From Candidatus Falkowbacteria bacterium (GTDB lineage: Bacteria > Patescibacteriota > Patescibacteriia > Patescibacteriales > UBA12075): a DNA stretch of 64,000 nucleotides. Below the pieces are notes generated by a model, which had not been told where the DNA came from, did not search any database, and saw nothing but the letters and a program-made list of their open reading frames with translations. The stretch covers positions 13,804 to 77,803 of the forward strand of contig DOSJ01000022.1 in assembly GCA_003514005.1 (NCBI GenBank), read 5' to 3'. Within the stretch, counting starts at the first letter, position 1, and each line of letters begins with the position of its first letter. The translations under genes and the position numbers were made by a program. Below are positions 47,336 through 56,975 of the stretch, piece after piece.

Positions 47336-48214
47336 CTACGAGAAAAAATTAAAGGCTTTTTTATAAATTTCCTTATGGTGATCGATACCAAACTTAGGAA
47401 CACCTTTCTCAGTATCCCAGACAAAAATATCATCAGCATCACTACCGGCTTGGAACATCTTCTTTAAAAGCTCTTCTGACAATACCCCTTCGTAAGGAAT
47501 AACGGCAGTAATCGCAGTTGTTTCATTAACCCTTTTTTTATTCAGGTGTTTGATTTTTTCATCTTCACCCGTTACAAATTCGCCAAGGGAGAAAAGTTCA
47601 GTATTGATGATCCTACCCCCAAGCTGAATCACAACTCTTTTGTTCATTAAGTTCGGATTGTCCATATCTTCAGTTGTAACTGGCAATATTTTTATCGCCG
47701 CTTCATCCAGTGATTCATGGAGCAAAGCTTCAAACGGTGTCTGAAATTTATAACCAACAACATCACGATGACCGCCGATAAATGCTGGTTTCCCTTTCCC
47801 AGGATCATCTTTGCGGATAATACCGACAAAAAAAGTTTTCAAATTAATATCCTCAAAAAACGGAACAAAATCAACAGTCAGCACCGGCAATGGATACTCG
47901 ATGTTTCCCATTAATGCTATGTAATAATAATCATAATTATCACCTTCTCGGCTTTTAACAACCGATATTACATCTCCATAAGGTCCGAATAGCCCCCAAT
48001 AATTATAATGCGGAGTTATTAATTTTTCCACATACGCTAATTCCGCCTCAGGCGTTCTGTCATCCGATTTTTTGCAATCAATATAATTCATAAAAAAATC
48101 CTCTGGTCTCACACTTATTCTGTCTTTTGCAAGACTCTTTATCTCTTCATTATTATGAACGTGCGTTACAGAGATAATTTTCCCCATTTTTCCAAACACC
48201 AAATAATGAAACAT
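47336..48214 (-). CDS. NUDIX hydrolase, ADP-ribose pyrophosphatase-like, with N-terminal extension
   Basis: LTVD, IIRKDDPGKGKPAFIGGHRD...EALLHESLDEAAI, AGSDA, FGIDHH. Confidence 0.75.
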   Translation of the reverse strand: MFHYLVFGKMGKIISVTHVHNNEEIKSLAKDRISVRPEDFFMNYIDCKKSDDRTPEAELAYVEKLITPHYNYWGLFGPYGDVISVVKSREGDNYDYYYIALMGNIEYPLPVLTVDFVPFFEDINLKTFFVGIIRKDDPGKGKPAFIGGHRDVVGYKFQTPFEALLHESLDEAAIKILPVTTEDMDNPNLMNKRVVIQLGGRIINTELFSLGEFVTGEDEKIKHLNKKRVNETTAITAVIPYEGVLSEELLKKMFQAGSDADDIFVWDTEKGVPKFGIDHHKEIYKKAFNFFS

Positions 48215-48223
48215 GCTTCCTCC

Positions 48224-48676
48224 TTATCGTTTTTTAGTTAATCTTGATTTTCTCAAAACATCATTAACAATTCGATTATTATTTTTCCAAACCTTTTTTC
48301 GTATCCGCTTCGTCTGCTTTTTACTCTTGCCAAATATACCAAGCTCATTTTCATCCACTATTTTCGGTAATTCATCAATCCTAAATGTCTTCATGATTGG
48401 AAAGATGTCATCCGCAATGCAATTGAATAAATCCAAATCATTCTCTACGTCTCCAAAAACGATACTGCCTGGTCTGAGAACTGGATTAGCACCTGCCCCT
48501 ATTACCAAAATTCCAGAACAATGTCCGATTGAGCTTGTCATCAACTTTTCTTCTTCGCATTTACTTTTGACGAATTCAACAATCCCGCGTATATCGTCTT
48601 CGGTTAATAAAAAATACTGATCCAAAGCGCAATGTTTGTATCGCTCTAAAATTTCATCAACAATCCGATCGTTCAT
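48224..48676 (-). CDS. Hypothetical protein
   Basis: 150-aa ORF with AAGGAG RBS; Gly-rich ILVIGAGA strand; basic C-terminus. Confidence 0.6.
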   Translation of the reverse strand: MNDRIVDEILERYKHCALDQYFLLTEDDIRGIVEFVKSKCEEEKLMTSSIGHCSGILVIGAGANPVLRPGSIVFGDVENDLDLFNCIADDIFPIMKTFRIDELPKIVDENELGIFGKSKKQTKRIRKKVWKNNNRIVNDVLRKSRLTKKR

Positions 48677-48713
48677 ATTCGCTCCTTTGTCATTTAGATA
48701 ATTTATTTTAATT

Positions 48714-48825
48714 TAAAGATCGTCCGGCTTATTTAGTTTTTTAAATAAGCCGAGAAAGCTTTATCCAAATTAGCTTTGGGTAAAATTTTCTTTGGGCAGT
48801 AGTGAGTTTTTTTTCACTACTGCCC
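48714..48825 (-). repeat. Triple-hairpin plus boxA-like intergenic element, copy 2
   Basis: Direct repeat of 47207-47317; differences are mostly in loops. Confidence 0.9.
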
Positions 48826-48833
48826 GACTATTA

Positions 48834-49019
48834 CTACATGCAGAGTATTACACATTCTTGGTCCGGTATTCCGGAGCTTAAGACTCTATCAAACTGCAAA
48901 TCAAATGTAGAAGAAAAGTTTTCTGAATCAGTTAAAACAAATCTTTTATCTGAATCAACAATCTTCGGTACTATTTCCTCGACAATCTCAATCTTTATGC
49001 CACCATTTTTTTTGTGCAT
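48834..49019 (-). CDS. Small hypothetical protein
   Basis: 61-aa ORF with AAGGAG RBS inside the 3' end of the AOR gene. Confidence 0.45.
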   Translation of the reverse strand: MHKKNGGIKIEIVEEIVPKIVDSDKRFVLTDSENFSSTFDLQFDRVLSSGIPDQECVILCM

Positions 49020-50755
49020 AATCGCTCCTTTGGATCAGTTAAATTTAATGATTCTATTTCTTTTTTCATTTCCTTATACACATGTTTTTTTAATTCAAGA
49101 AAAAATTCCAGTGTGTTGAAATGCGGAATATTACTTCCGATATTCCTGTGGCAACGCAAAGGCAGTACATCATCATCTGCTGTAAACCCTAGTCTTTCGT
49201 CAATTAACCGTGCAGACAAATACACTCTGCGTGCCGCCTGAAAAAGCTCCTCTTCGTTTATTTCGCCATATACTTGCTCATACAAACCGGCAATGGCGCC
49301 GAGGCTGGGCTTGGCAAATTTGCAAAGGCCAATCAGATCATACAAGATAATATTGCTACCGCGTTTGCAATTTTCCGCCCATTCTTCCAGACTGTTTTCC
49401 GCGTCCGGATACCACGCACGATTGTAGGTGTCCATGCTCATGTGTAGGCCGGCAACCGCAAAGGCATAACCGGGATTCACATTCCCTAAATAGCCAGGGA
49501 GTTCCAGGCCTTTTACATGCAGGGCATACGAATGGTCATAACCGCTAACCCGCATAACACCTTCACTCAAAGTGTCCTTTCCCTCTCCGATTTTTTTTGC
49601 CAATGAATAAGCATACGCAAAATCGCCGAAACGATTATCTCTTTCCATGGCAAACGCAATCGCGCCGCCAAGTGAAATCGTGTCCATGCCCATCTCATCG
49701 CCAATTGTTATCAACTGCATAATTTGCCGCAGATCAAATATTCCGATATTCGGCCCGAGCAGAGCGCCCGGCTCATAATCAATCTTGCCCAGGATATTTT
49801 CCTTTTCACAAACCTCTTTCCAGCACTTAATCGTACAACCGGTGCAACCCTTGGTTTTTACTGTTAGGCCGTCTTCTGCCACTTTCTCGGAATAAAGCTT
49901 TTCCACTCTTTCCCTATACAAAGGTGTATTGGATTTTGTGAAGTTATCAAACAACCCAAGACCCAATAATGGCAGCCCCTCTATATTCGAAGCAAAAGTT
50001 CCTTTTTCAGTATATTTTTTTGATTTTGGCGAAGCAACAATCTCTTTGTTAATCGCCTTGGCATCAAGCTTGTGCTTCCCTCCTCCACGCTTGACTACAA
50101 TTCCCAGTAAATTTTTACTGCCCAAAACAGCACCAAATCCACCTCGGCCAAGAAAGCGCATATGACCGCTTTTACCTTTGATATCGTCGCTTGTACTAAT
50201 AGCGACATTGGCAAAACGCACTTTGTTTTCTCCGGCTGTTCCGATAACAGCAAACGCCGCGTTTTGATAAATTTCAGACAGAACCCGAATTTTATCTTTT
50301 GTTGTTTTGCCGATTAATCCTTTTGCCGGTAAAATCCTGACACCATCTTCACCTATCTCCAGAAACATCGGCTCGTTCGCCTTGCCTGTGATAAGCAAGG
50401 AATCAATGCCCGTACTTTTTAAATACGGACCAAAATCACCACTGGCTGCGGAATAATAGATTCCGTTACTGCCACTGCGACTGGTTTTTAAGGGACTGAG
50501 TCCGCTTAAAAAAACGCGACGAGCAGATATCACCGAACTTCCGGTAATAAATCCCAGATCAAACGACAGCATACTTCTTGTGTCATAAGCATCGTCCAAA
50601 TCAGAATGATTAAAAAGTTGCTGACCCACAGCATTTATCCCCCTGGAAACACCACCAAGCCTTTCTTCAACTGACGTGTTTTTCAAATCAACATCTGTTC
50701 TTTTAATATTTCCGGAACACAAGTTGATTGCTATGCGCTGATAACCATCCATCAC
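48995..50755 (-). CDS. Aldehyde:ferredoxin oxidoreductase family protein (W/Mo-pterin, 4Fe-4S)
   Basis: SPLKT, IGTAGENKVRFA, GRGGFGAVLGSKNL, CTGCTIKC, DEMGMDTIS, VKGLELPGY, DLIGLCKF, DDVLPLR. Confidence 0.9.
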   Translation of the reverse strand: MMDGYQRIAINLCSGNIKRTDVDLKNTSVEERLGGVSRGINAVGQQLFNHSDLDDAYDTRSMLSFDLGFITGSSVISARRVFLSGLSPLKTSRSGSNGIYYSAASGDFGPYLKSTGIDSLLITGKANEPMFLEIGEDGVRILPAKGLIGKTTKDKIRVLSEIYQNAAFAVIGTAGENKVRFANVAISTSDDIKGKSGHMRFLGRGGFGAVLGSKNLLGIVVKRGGGKHKLDAKAINKEIVASPKSKKYTEKGTFASNIEGLPLLGLGLFDNFTKSNTPLYRERVEKLYSEKVAEDGLTVKTKGCTGCTIKCWKEVCEKENILGKIDYEPGALLGPNIGIFDLRQIMQLITIGDEMGMDTISLGGAIAFAMERDNRFGDFAYAYSLAKKIGEGKDTLSEGVMRVSGYDHSYALHVKGLELPGYLGNVNPGYAFAVAGLHMSMDTYNRAWYPDAENSLEEWAENCKRGSNIILYDLIGLCKFAKPSLGAIAGLYEQVYGEINEEELFQAARRVYLSARLIDERLGFTADDDVLPLRCHRNIGSNIPHFNTLEFFLELKKHVYKEMKKEIESLNLTDPKERLCTKKMVA

Positions 50756-50939
50756 ATTCTCCTTTATAATTTTGTTTTTCTTATATTATTTAAAGATCCA
50801 GACCTCAAACAAAACCGCTTAAGGCCAAAAATTTTTCTCTAAAGTTATTTAGGGAAAAGTTTTTTAAGAAAATACGAGAAAGGTTTAATAGTTTTTTTAT
50901 TAAACCTTTCTCGTTAATATTTTTTTCGATTTTCAATTA

Positions 50940-51674
50940 CTAATACTTAAAACTAAAAACATCTTCTGAGGTTGTAAATTTTGCTCCGGCTTTTGCCATT
51001 CGTGCCAATGCCTTTATGCCAAACCCCATATCCACGTTACCTTCAAAATCAATATTTACCTCCTCAATTGCATCCGTAACAACATATACATCAAAATCAA
51101 GATTATATTTTTTCTTGATTGCCAGCATCGCAAGTACAGCCGCAAGAACGCAATAGTCGGTCGCAAAACCGTAAACAATCATTATTCTAAGACCCTGTTC
51201 AACAAACATCTTGAAAGCCATTTCAAAATTCGGATTTGTCGCAACATCATATGTTTGTTTTTCAAAAATCAATTGCATTCCAGAGTTAATAAACATCTGT
51301 ATTTCTGCCATCGTATAAATCCGTGTGCCAAGCAAGGGACCTTCTTTTGACTTGATATAAATATCTTTTTGAGGTTCAAGAAAATCAAGCCTCAATTGCC
51401 CTTTGGTTCCATTCATTGCATGATCAATAAACGAGCCGCCTTTATTTCTGATCAATTCAGCATCTTCGTAAAAATGCCGATCAACAGAACCAAATATTGA
51501 CCAACCATTTGCCTGAGCAAACTCATGTATACTACAAATTATCGGAAGAACGGCTTCAGCGCCGTAATATCCCGGCTTTTTTACTTTTTGTCCATAAACA
51601 AAAAGTTCACCATTTCTAAATGAAAAACATCCTTGCACATCTGTTTCGTATGCCCCAATATGAAAAATTGCCAT
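50940..51674 (-). CDS. pncA: Nicotinamidase (isochorismatase family)
   Basis: TDVQGCF, DRH, DHAM.GT.G, FEKQTYD, GFATDYCV catalytic motifs; NAD-salvage context. Confidence 0.85.
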   Translation of the reverse strand: MAIFHIGAYETDVQGCFSFRNGELFVYGQKVKKPGYYGAEAVLPIICSIHEFAQANGWSIFGSVDRHFYEDAELIRNKGGSFIDHAMNGTKGQLRLDFLEPQKDIYIKSKEGPLLGTRIYTMAEIQMFINSGMQLIFEKQTYDVATNPNFEMAFKMFVEQGLRIMIVYGFATDYCVLAAVLAMLAIKKKYNLDFDVYVVTDAIEEVNIDFEGNVDMGFGIKALARMAKAGAKFTTSEDVFSFKY

Positions 51675-51704
51675 TTTTTTTCCTTTCATTTTTGTCAAAA
51701 CACG

Positions 51705-52331
51705 TTAACTTTTCCACTCATACCCTTTCCACCCATACAATTTATCCCAAACAATAACGCGAGCCACATCCTCGCATACCATATCACAGAAGCTTTCATC
51801 ACCGGCTTTTATCCGTCTCCGAATTTCCGTACTAGAGCCGAATATTCCTTCTAGTGGCAGGTAGACACTACCAAAAGGTAAATCATCAGGTTCATATTCT
51901 TTGCACGGACGTCCGCCGACTAAAAAATGCAATTGATTGTAGTCGGTTTCTTTTCTCGCCCAATGCTTGTGAATATACGAACTTCCTTTTGCGCCGCCGG
52001 CAATAATTTCTGCTCCGACAAAATGAAGAACTTTGCCCTGTTTAGAATATATATCACCCAAAACATGCGTTGGTCGGAAACAATTTTTTTCCAAATCATA
52101 CACATCAATCTCTATAAGGCCGTCTTCTTCCAGCTGTCCGAACGCGCTGTAAACCATTTCAATGCGTTGGTCTAAAGTGGTTCCTTGACTGGGCTTATCC
52201 TTTCTCGGTCCGCAAGGAACTACAATGATCCGCGCGTTGTTAAAACGATTGCAAATCCGCTCAAGTACTTGAACGTGGTGATTCCCCGGCGGATCGAATG
52301 AACCGCCAACTAAAATTATTCCTTGTAACAT
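51705..52331 (-). CDS. nadD: Nicotinate-nucleotide adenylyltransferase (divergent)
   Basis: GGSFDPPGNHH, VPCG.RKDK, QRIEMV, VGAE, HW, SSTEIRRRI. Confidence 0.82.
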   Translation of the reverse strand: MLQGIILVGGSFDPPGNHHVQVLERICNRFNNARIIVVPCGPRKDKPSQGTTLDQRIEMVYSAFGQLEEDGLIEIDVYDLEKNCFRPTHVLGDIYSKQGKVLHFVGAEIIAGGAKGSSYIHKHWARKETDYNQLHFLVGGRPCKEYEPDDLPFGSVYLPLEGIFGSSTEIRRRIKAGDESFCDMVCEDVARVIVWDKLYGWKGYEWKS

Positions 52332-52357
52332 ATCAAACCTCCCTATTCAATTTAATT

Positions 52358-53422
52358 TCACAGTCCAAGACTGTCGCAAAAATCCGAAGCCGTTTTCTCA
52401 ACTTCTTCCCTGTTCCATAATCCATCCAAAAGATATTTGGGAATTATCTTGGTGCCATTGTATGCGCCGAGCAAAGACCCGACCATCGCGCCGTTCGTAT
52501 CCGTATCGCCACCGGCATTTATCGTCTCAAAAAGCGTTTCAATACTGTATGAATTCCGCAAAAACATAGCATAGGTAAAAGGCAACGAATTATATACATA
52601 GCAAGTTGCGCCGTCGGTTGCAGACAATAACTCATCAACGGTCATTTTCATATAAGCATCATCCTGAAAAAGATTTTTAAAGCGCTCACTAAGCTTATCG
52701 ATCATGCCATCGTTTATTAAATAAGCCTCTCCTTTTTCTGCGGCATTTATAACCATTGCAGTAAAATAATTATTCACAGAGCCAAGGTCTAAATATGTAT
52801 CAAAACAAGTAAGAACAGCTCCGACTTGCGCAAAACCGGAGGCAATACCCATGCGCGTACAATGAGTCATTTGAGCGATTTCTGCAATGCAATCTAAATA
52901 TATATCTTCGCGTTTAGAAACAAATTCTTTATACTCACAATATTCCAGACTTTTAGCCGCATTTTCTATTTCTTCTGCGAATACAGCTCCCACCGGTGCG
53001 ATTTTCATGGAGATGCCGTTACCCGCGCCTGTCGGATTACCCATCTCAGAAATATTACAATTCGGATAAACACCTTTAATCCTTTTTAATGATTCAATCG
53101 TGCTTCCACCCCAACCGGCAGTGCTTCGTTCCATTTCTTTGACATGTTCAAGAAAAACATGTTCGATAGTAAATGATTTTTCGATAATATACGCCCGTGC
53201 GATTGCTAAAGTTAATTGCGTGTCATCCGTCCATTGTCCTTTCACAAAACCTTTGCACCATTTATGGTCCGGACGCGCAGGCAGATAGTCCCGGATATAA
53301 CCGAAAGGTTCTTGAATTTCTTTTTTGGTTAATACTTCAACCGGCATACCTAGGGCATCGCCGATTGCTCCCAGCAAAAACATCGCCATAATCTTGTCGC
53401 GCATAATTTCTTTATGCTCCAT
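52358..53422 (-). CDS. ADP-ribosylglycohydrolase (DraG/ARH family)
   Basis: GAIGDALGMPVE, WTDDTQLT, GAGNGISM.IAP, TH, GGDTDTNGAMVGSLLGA. Confidence 0.93.
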   Translation of the reverse strand: MEHKEIMRDKIMAMFLLGAIGDALGMPVEVLTKKEIQEPFGYIRDYLPARPDHKWCKGFVKGQWTDDTQLTLAIARAYIIEKSFTIEHVFLEHVKEMERSTAGWGGSTIESLKRIKGVYPNCNISEMGNPTGAGNGISMKIAPVGAVFAEEIENAAKSLEYCEYKEFVSKREDIYLDCIAEIAQMTHCTRMGIASGFAQVGAVLTCFDTYLDLGSVNNYFTAMVINAAEKGEAYLINDGMIDKLSERFKNLFQDDAYMKMTVDELLSATDGATCYVYNSLPFTYAMFLRNSYSIETLFETINAGGDTDTNGAMVGSLLGAYNGTKIIPKYLLDGLWNREEVEKTASDFCDSLGL

Positions 53423-53555
53423 TGCCTCCTCCTTTTTAGCTTATTGTTTTTATCAAAGATCAATGCCCGAAAAAACTTTTTCAGACAATAATTAATGATA
53501 AAAATCCTTTTAAATTAGCATAATTCTATTATTTTGTCAAGATTGCAATATTTAC

Positions 53556-53576
53556 TTAGTGTATATATAACACTAT
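53556..53576. promoter_or_regulatory. NrtR-type operator (GT-N7-AC palindrome)
   Basis: tTAGTGT-atatata-ACACTAt, between two minus-strand TTGACA boxes upstream of the ARH-nadD-pncA genes. Confidence 0.75.
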
Positions 53577-53653
53577 ATTATACTTATTTTATTTTCTTGT
53601 CAAGAAAAAAGAAACTCATTATTATTTTTACTAATATTAAATATTTTTTGTAA

Positions 53654-53692
53654 ATAAAAACTCTATAACCTTTTTTAGGAGGTTATAGAGTT
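53654..53692 (-). terminator. Intrinsic terminator after the kinase-NTase gene
   Basis: aactctataacct/aggttatagagtt hairpin with A-tract on the + strand. Confidence 0.65.
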
Positions 53693-53710
53693 AATGGGGT
53701 TAATTGGTTT

Positions 53711-55807
53711 TTAATTATCCACCGGTTTACATTCATAAAAAATAATTTCATCATCACCACAAATTTCAATATATTGGTAGATGAAAAAATATTTTTTATT
53801 ATTTAAAAGAACAACTGTGTCCCTGGAGTAATGGTCCAAGACATCTGCCTGATTCCCGGTTTGTCGAAGCTGTATTATTAAACACTCGACTGGGTTTAAA
53901 TAACGAAAGATTCGCGTTCTAGCTAATTCTCTTTTATTCTCCACAAGACAAACTCTGACAACTCCTTTAACAAATTCAACAACCGGCTTAGCGTAAGCGT
54001 TTTGCAATTCAGAAAATGACAGTATTTTAAGAACACCGGACGCGGCATACTTCAAAAAAATTTGGTAATCTGAATGTTTTACGGAACTGCGTAAAATCTC
54101 GCCCCAGCTTAAATCTTCGTAACCCTCCCCCTCTTTTCCAAATACGGTTTTTTGATTAAAAACATCTGACTCAGGAAAAATTTTTCTAATACCCGGATTA
54201 CTGGAAGCGATTCCTATGACATCGGACATTCCCGGCATCATTGCAAAATGCATCTTCATTTCATCTGCTGTACGATAAAAAGGTGTAAGAAAAATACTAA
54301 AATGATTCAATGTAAATCCCTTATCAAAGAGCGACTGTGCTACCATTTTTGCTACCAACCATTTTGGAATCGGATCCCTGTCGGTCAAGGTATAGCTTCG
54401 TTGGATTGATATTGCTACATGATAACCGATATTGATTAATCGAGAAATATACTCGATATGACCACGATGCGGAATGCCCATTCTTGCGGGAAATAGCAAT
54501 GAATTAATTTTTTTCTCGCAAACTATTTTTCTTGTTGATGGTTTTGATTTTGTTAATGAGCTATCCGTTTTTAATGTCTGGATAATTTCATAAATTGTCG
54601 GGCGCTCTTTTGGGTTTTTTGCCAACATTCTCGCTATCAACATAATTCGCTTATCACTATTTGCATTTAATTTTTTTTCCTCAAAAGAAAGAGAAACGAT
54701 CGGCCAAAAATATTTTAGTATTTCACTTTCCCGATTATCAGTTTCCTGAATATTCGGATTTACCATAAACGGGTGTTCACCGGTCAACAGTTCATAGAAA
54801 ATCATACCTAATTGAAAGACGTCAGAAGCATAGCTTGCTCTCAGACATCTGCCTTCTTCCGGTGAACCATAACGCGGACTAGCTAAATATACATCAGCTT
54901 TATTCCCATCAGTTATGCGCGATACGCCAAAATCAATCAATTCAATTTCGTCTTCACCACAAATACAATGCTCGGGCTTTAAATCGTGATACAAAATGCA
55001 GGCTTCGTGCATTTCTTTTATTTTCTCTGCAATTTTCAAAATTTGCGCGCTGGCTTCATCAAACGAAACGCAATCGCCTTTGGTTATTTTCTCAGAAAGT
55101 GGTTGTCCAAACTTGTAGGCTGTTTTTAAAAAAATTATCCCCTGGCCAATATCCACCTTGCCATAATACCCATGCGCGTATCCGCGGTCAGATAACTCTT
55201 CATAAATTTCATCTTCATTGTTAAAGAATTTTCCAAGACGACTCTGCTTATAATCAATCATCTCCTTAAATATTTTTACAATTCCATCTGAATCAAACAC
55301 CAGATAAACAAAACTGGAACGACGAATTTCGTTTACACCACTTTGAATTTTTCTTAAAATCTTAATGCCGTTTTTTTTGCAGTATTCACGAAACAAATTA
55401 TCAATATTCGGCTGTAACAATTTTATTTTTCTCTTTGCCAATATGCTTACTTCCCACATATCATATTCAGAAAAAATCAAATCAGAAACATCTTCTTTTT
55501 CTCCAATTTTCATCAACATTTTAACTGCAGGAATGTTTTTATAAAGCTTAACTAGTCGAAATAATTCAATTAAAGCATTGTAATTTTTTGCTTTTTGAAA
55601 ATATTGAATGGCATATATAGCATTTTCAGCATCAAGATTAAAACATGCCATGTGCGCTTCGGCCAACAGATTAAATGCGATATTTTTTTCTTCTTTGGCA
55701 AATTTAATTCTACGAAATGCGTTACGCAAATTAACAAGCGATAATGCGTTTTCAGAGCTTAAAGCTTTGACAATAATTTTTTCCATTGCCACCTTCTTAT
55801 TAATCAT
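53711..55807 (-). CDS. Helical N-terminus + Ser/Thr protein kinase + HxGH adenylyltransferase-like domain fusion
   Basis: Kinase motifs YHDLKPEH, IDFG, YGSPEE, SDVFQLG, P.ERP. C-terminal FPARMGIPHRGH resembles NadM/cytidylyltransferase domains. Confidence 0.82.
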   Translation of the reverse strand: MINKKVAMEKIIVKALSSENALSLVNLRNAFRRIKFAKEEKNIAFNLLAEAHMACFNLDAENAIYAIQYFQKAKNYNALIELFRLVKLYKNIPAVKMLMKIGEKEDVSDLIFSEYDMWEVSILAKRKIKLLQPNIDNLFREYCKKNGIKILRKIQSGVNEIRRSSFVYLVFDSDGIVKIFKEMIDYKQSRLGKFFNNEDEIYEELSDRGYAHGYYGKVDIGQGIIFLKTAYKFGQPLSEKITKGDCVSFDEASAQILKIAEKIKEMHEACILYHDLKPEHCICGEDEIELIDFGVSRITDGNKADVYLASPRYGSPEEGRCLRASYASDVFQLGMIFYELLTGEHPFMVNPNIQETDNRESEILKYFWPIVSLSFEEKKLNANSDKRIMLIARMLAKNPKERPTIYEIIQTLKTDSSLTKSKPSTRKIVCEKKINSLLFPARMGIPHRGHIEYISRLINIGYHVAISIQRSYTLTDRDPIPKWLVAKMVAQSLFDKGFTLNHFSIFLTPFYRTADEMKMHFAMMPGMSDVIGIASSNPGIRKIFPESDVFNQKTVFGKEGEGYEDLSWGEILRSSVKHSDYQIFLKYAASGVLKILSFSELQNAYAKPVVEFVKGVVRVCLVENKRELARTRIFRYLNPVECLIIQLRQTGNQADVLDHYSRDTVVLLNNKKYFFIYQYIEICGDDEIIFYECKPVDN

Positions 55808-55884
55808 TTACTCACCTCCTCTCATTTAAAAAAAATGGCTCCAACTTAACGTAGGAGCCATTACTAATTTTCAAGAACATACTG

Positions 55885-56904
55885 TCATACGAAGATTTTA
55901 TCCATCATCCGATCTTTTTCTTCTTCAGAAATATCCAAATATTTTGCAAATCGTTTTATAGCTGCACGGGCGTTTATATCTGTATTCTCACCAAAAACCG
56001 GGTCGCTAAGCCATTTTTCATACAGCGAGCTTAAAAATAACTCTACTGCTTGCAGGCCGCGATGTCTGGCAACCAGAAATAAAATAGCATTGGCAACAAT
56101 TCCAAGCCGATGTCTATGTTCTCTGATTCCTGAAAGATCAATAAAATCAAATGCAACCTTATCAGGAGAAAGAAACTGCTTTTGTAATTCACCGACTTTT
56201 GGTAAATCACCGCAACCAACAACTTCAAAGGTTGTAAATGTTTCCATTACCTTTTTCACTGAATCACGCCAATTGCGTTGATTTGGACAACCGTTATCCG
56301 AATCCATTCCCATACCGTGCGCAACAACATCGCTGACAAGGTAAAGATGCTTTTCGGTAACATCTCCAAAATCAATATTACAGACATCCCACAATACACA
56401 TTCAATGGCTTCAGCGGCATCACCACCATCGGCTGGAAAAATATTTTTTACAGTTGAAAAAAGTATTTTATCGCCGGTTTTATCCGGAGAAATAAAATCT
56501 ACAACTTGTGAAATTCTAATTCCATCGCAATGGTCCGAAAAATAATTAAAAGCAAACTGGGATTCGGGATCAATTACATTTAATACCGCTGACAAATAAC
56601 CGGATCCCTCTCTTAAATTCGCGGCAATTGCTTTATTCGAGCCGGAGTTATCAATCAAGATAATATGCACACGCCTTATTCCTTTTGCCGGATGAGTAAA
56701 GCCAAGCTTAACCAGATTTTCATCATAAAGTTCCTCGGTTTTTCTTTCTTCTCTGGCTTTTTTTTCTCCTGTTGTTGCGCGAGCATTCCGAATTCTTTCG
56801 GCATAATCATCATCGGCCTTCTTCCTTGTTCCTTCATCTGAGGAATGCCTTTTTGATGAACTTCTAAAACTACTGCTATAACTTTCATATGTATTTCCCG
56901 ACAT
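55885..56904 (-). CDS. VWA (MIDAS) domain protein
   Basis: ILIDNSGS, FSDH, GGDAAEAIE, LYLVSD..AHG. Start placed at MSGNTY with AAGGAG RBS. Confidence 0.82.
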   Translation of the reverse strand: MSGNTYESYSSSFRSSSKRHSSDEGTRKKADDDYAERIRNARATTGEKKAREERKTEELYDENLVKLGFTHPAKGIRRVHIILIDNSGSNKAIAANLREGSGYLSAVLNVIDPESQFAFNYFSDHCDGIRISQVVDFISPDKTGDKILFSTVKNIFPADGGDAAEAIECVLWDVCNIDFGDVTEKHLYLVSDVVAHGMGMDSDNGCPNQRNWRDSVKKVMETFTTFEVVGCGDLPKVGELQKQFLSPDKVAFDFIDLSGIREHRHRLGIVANAILFLVARHRGLQAVELFLSSLYEKWLSDPVFGENTDINARAAIKRFAKYLDISEEEKDRMMDKIFV

Positions 56905-56975
56905 CTTCTTGTCTCCTTTTTCTGAAAAAAAATTGAGGGGCAAATTGGTTTTGCCCCTCGAGGTTAAGGTTGATA

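Noticed and set aside
45061-48214. Phage-type NARP1 NAD reconstitution pathway
   Set aside because: No PRPP-synthetase-like Adps gene lies in the window, and PncA+NadD+NadE point to the deamidating salvage route. Not fully excluded, since genes may lie beyond 64000.
47207-48825. CRISPR array or integron attC array
   Set aside because: Only two ~111-bp copies 1.4 kb apart; no regular spacers, cas genes, integron integrase or clear RYYYAAC/GTTRRRY ends.
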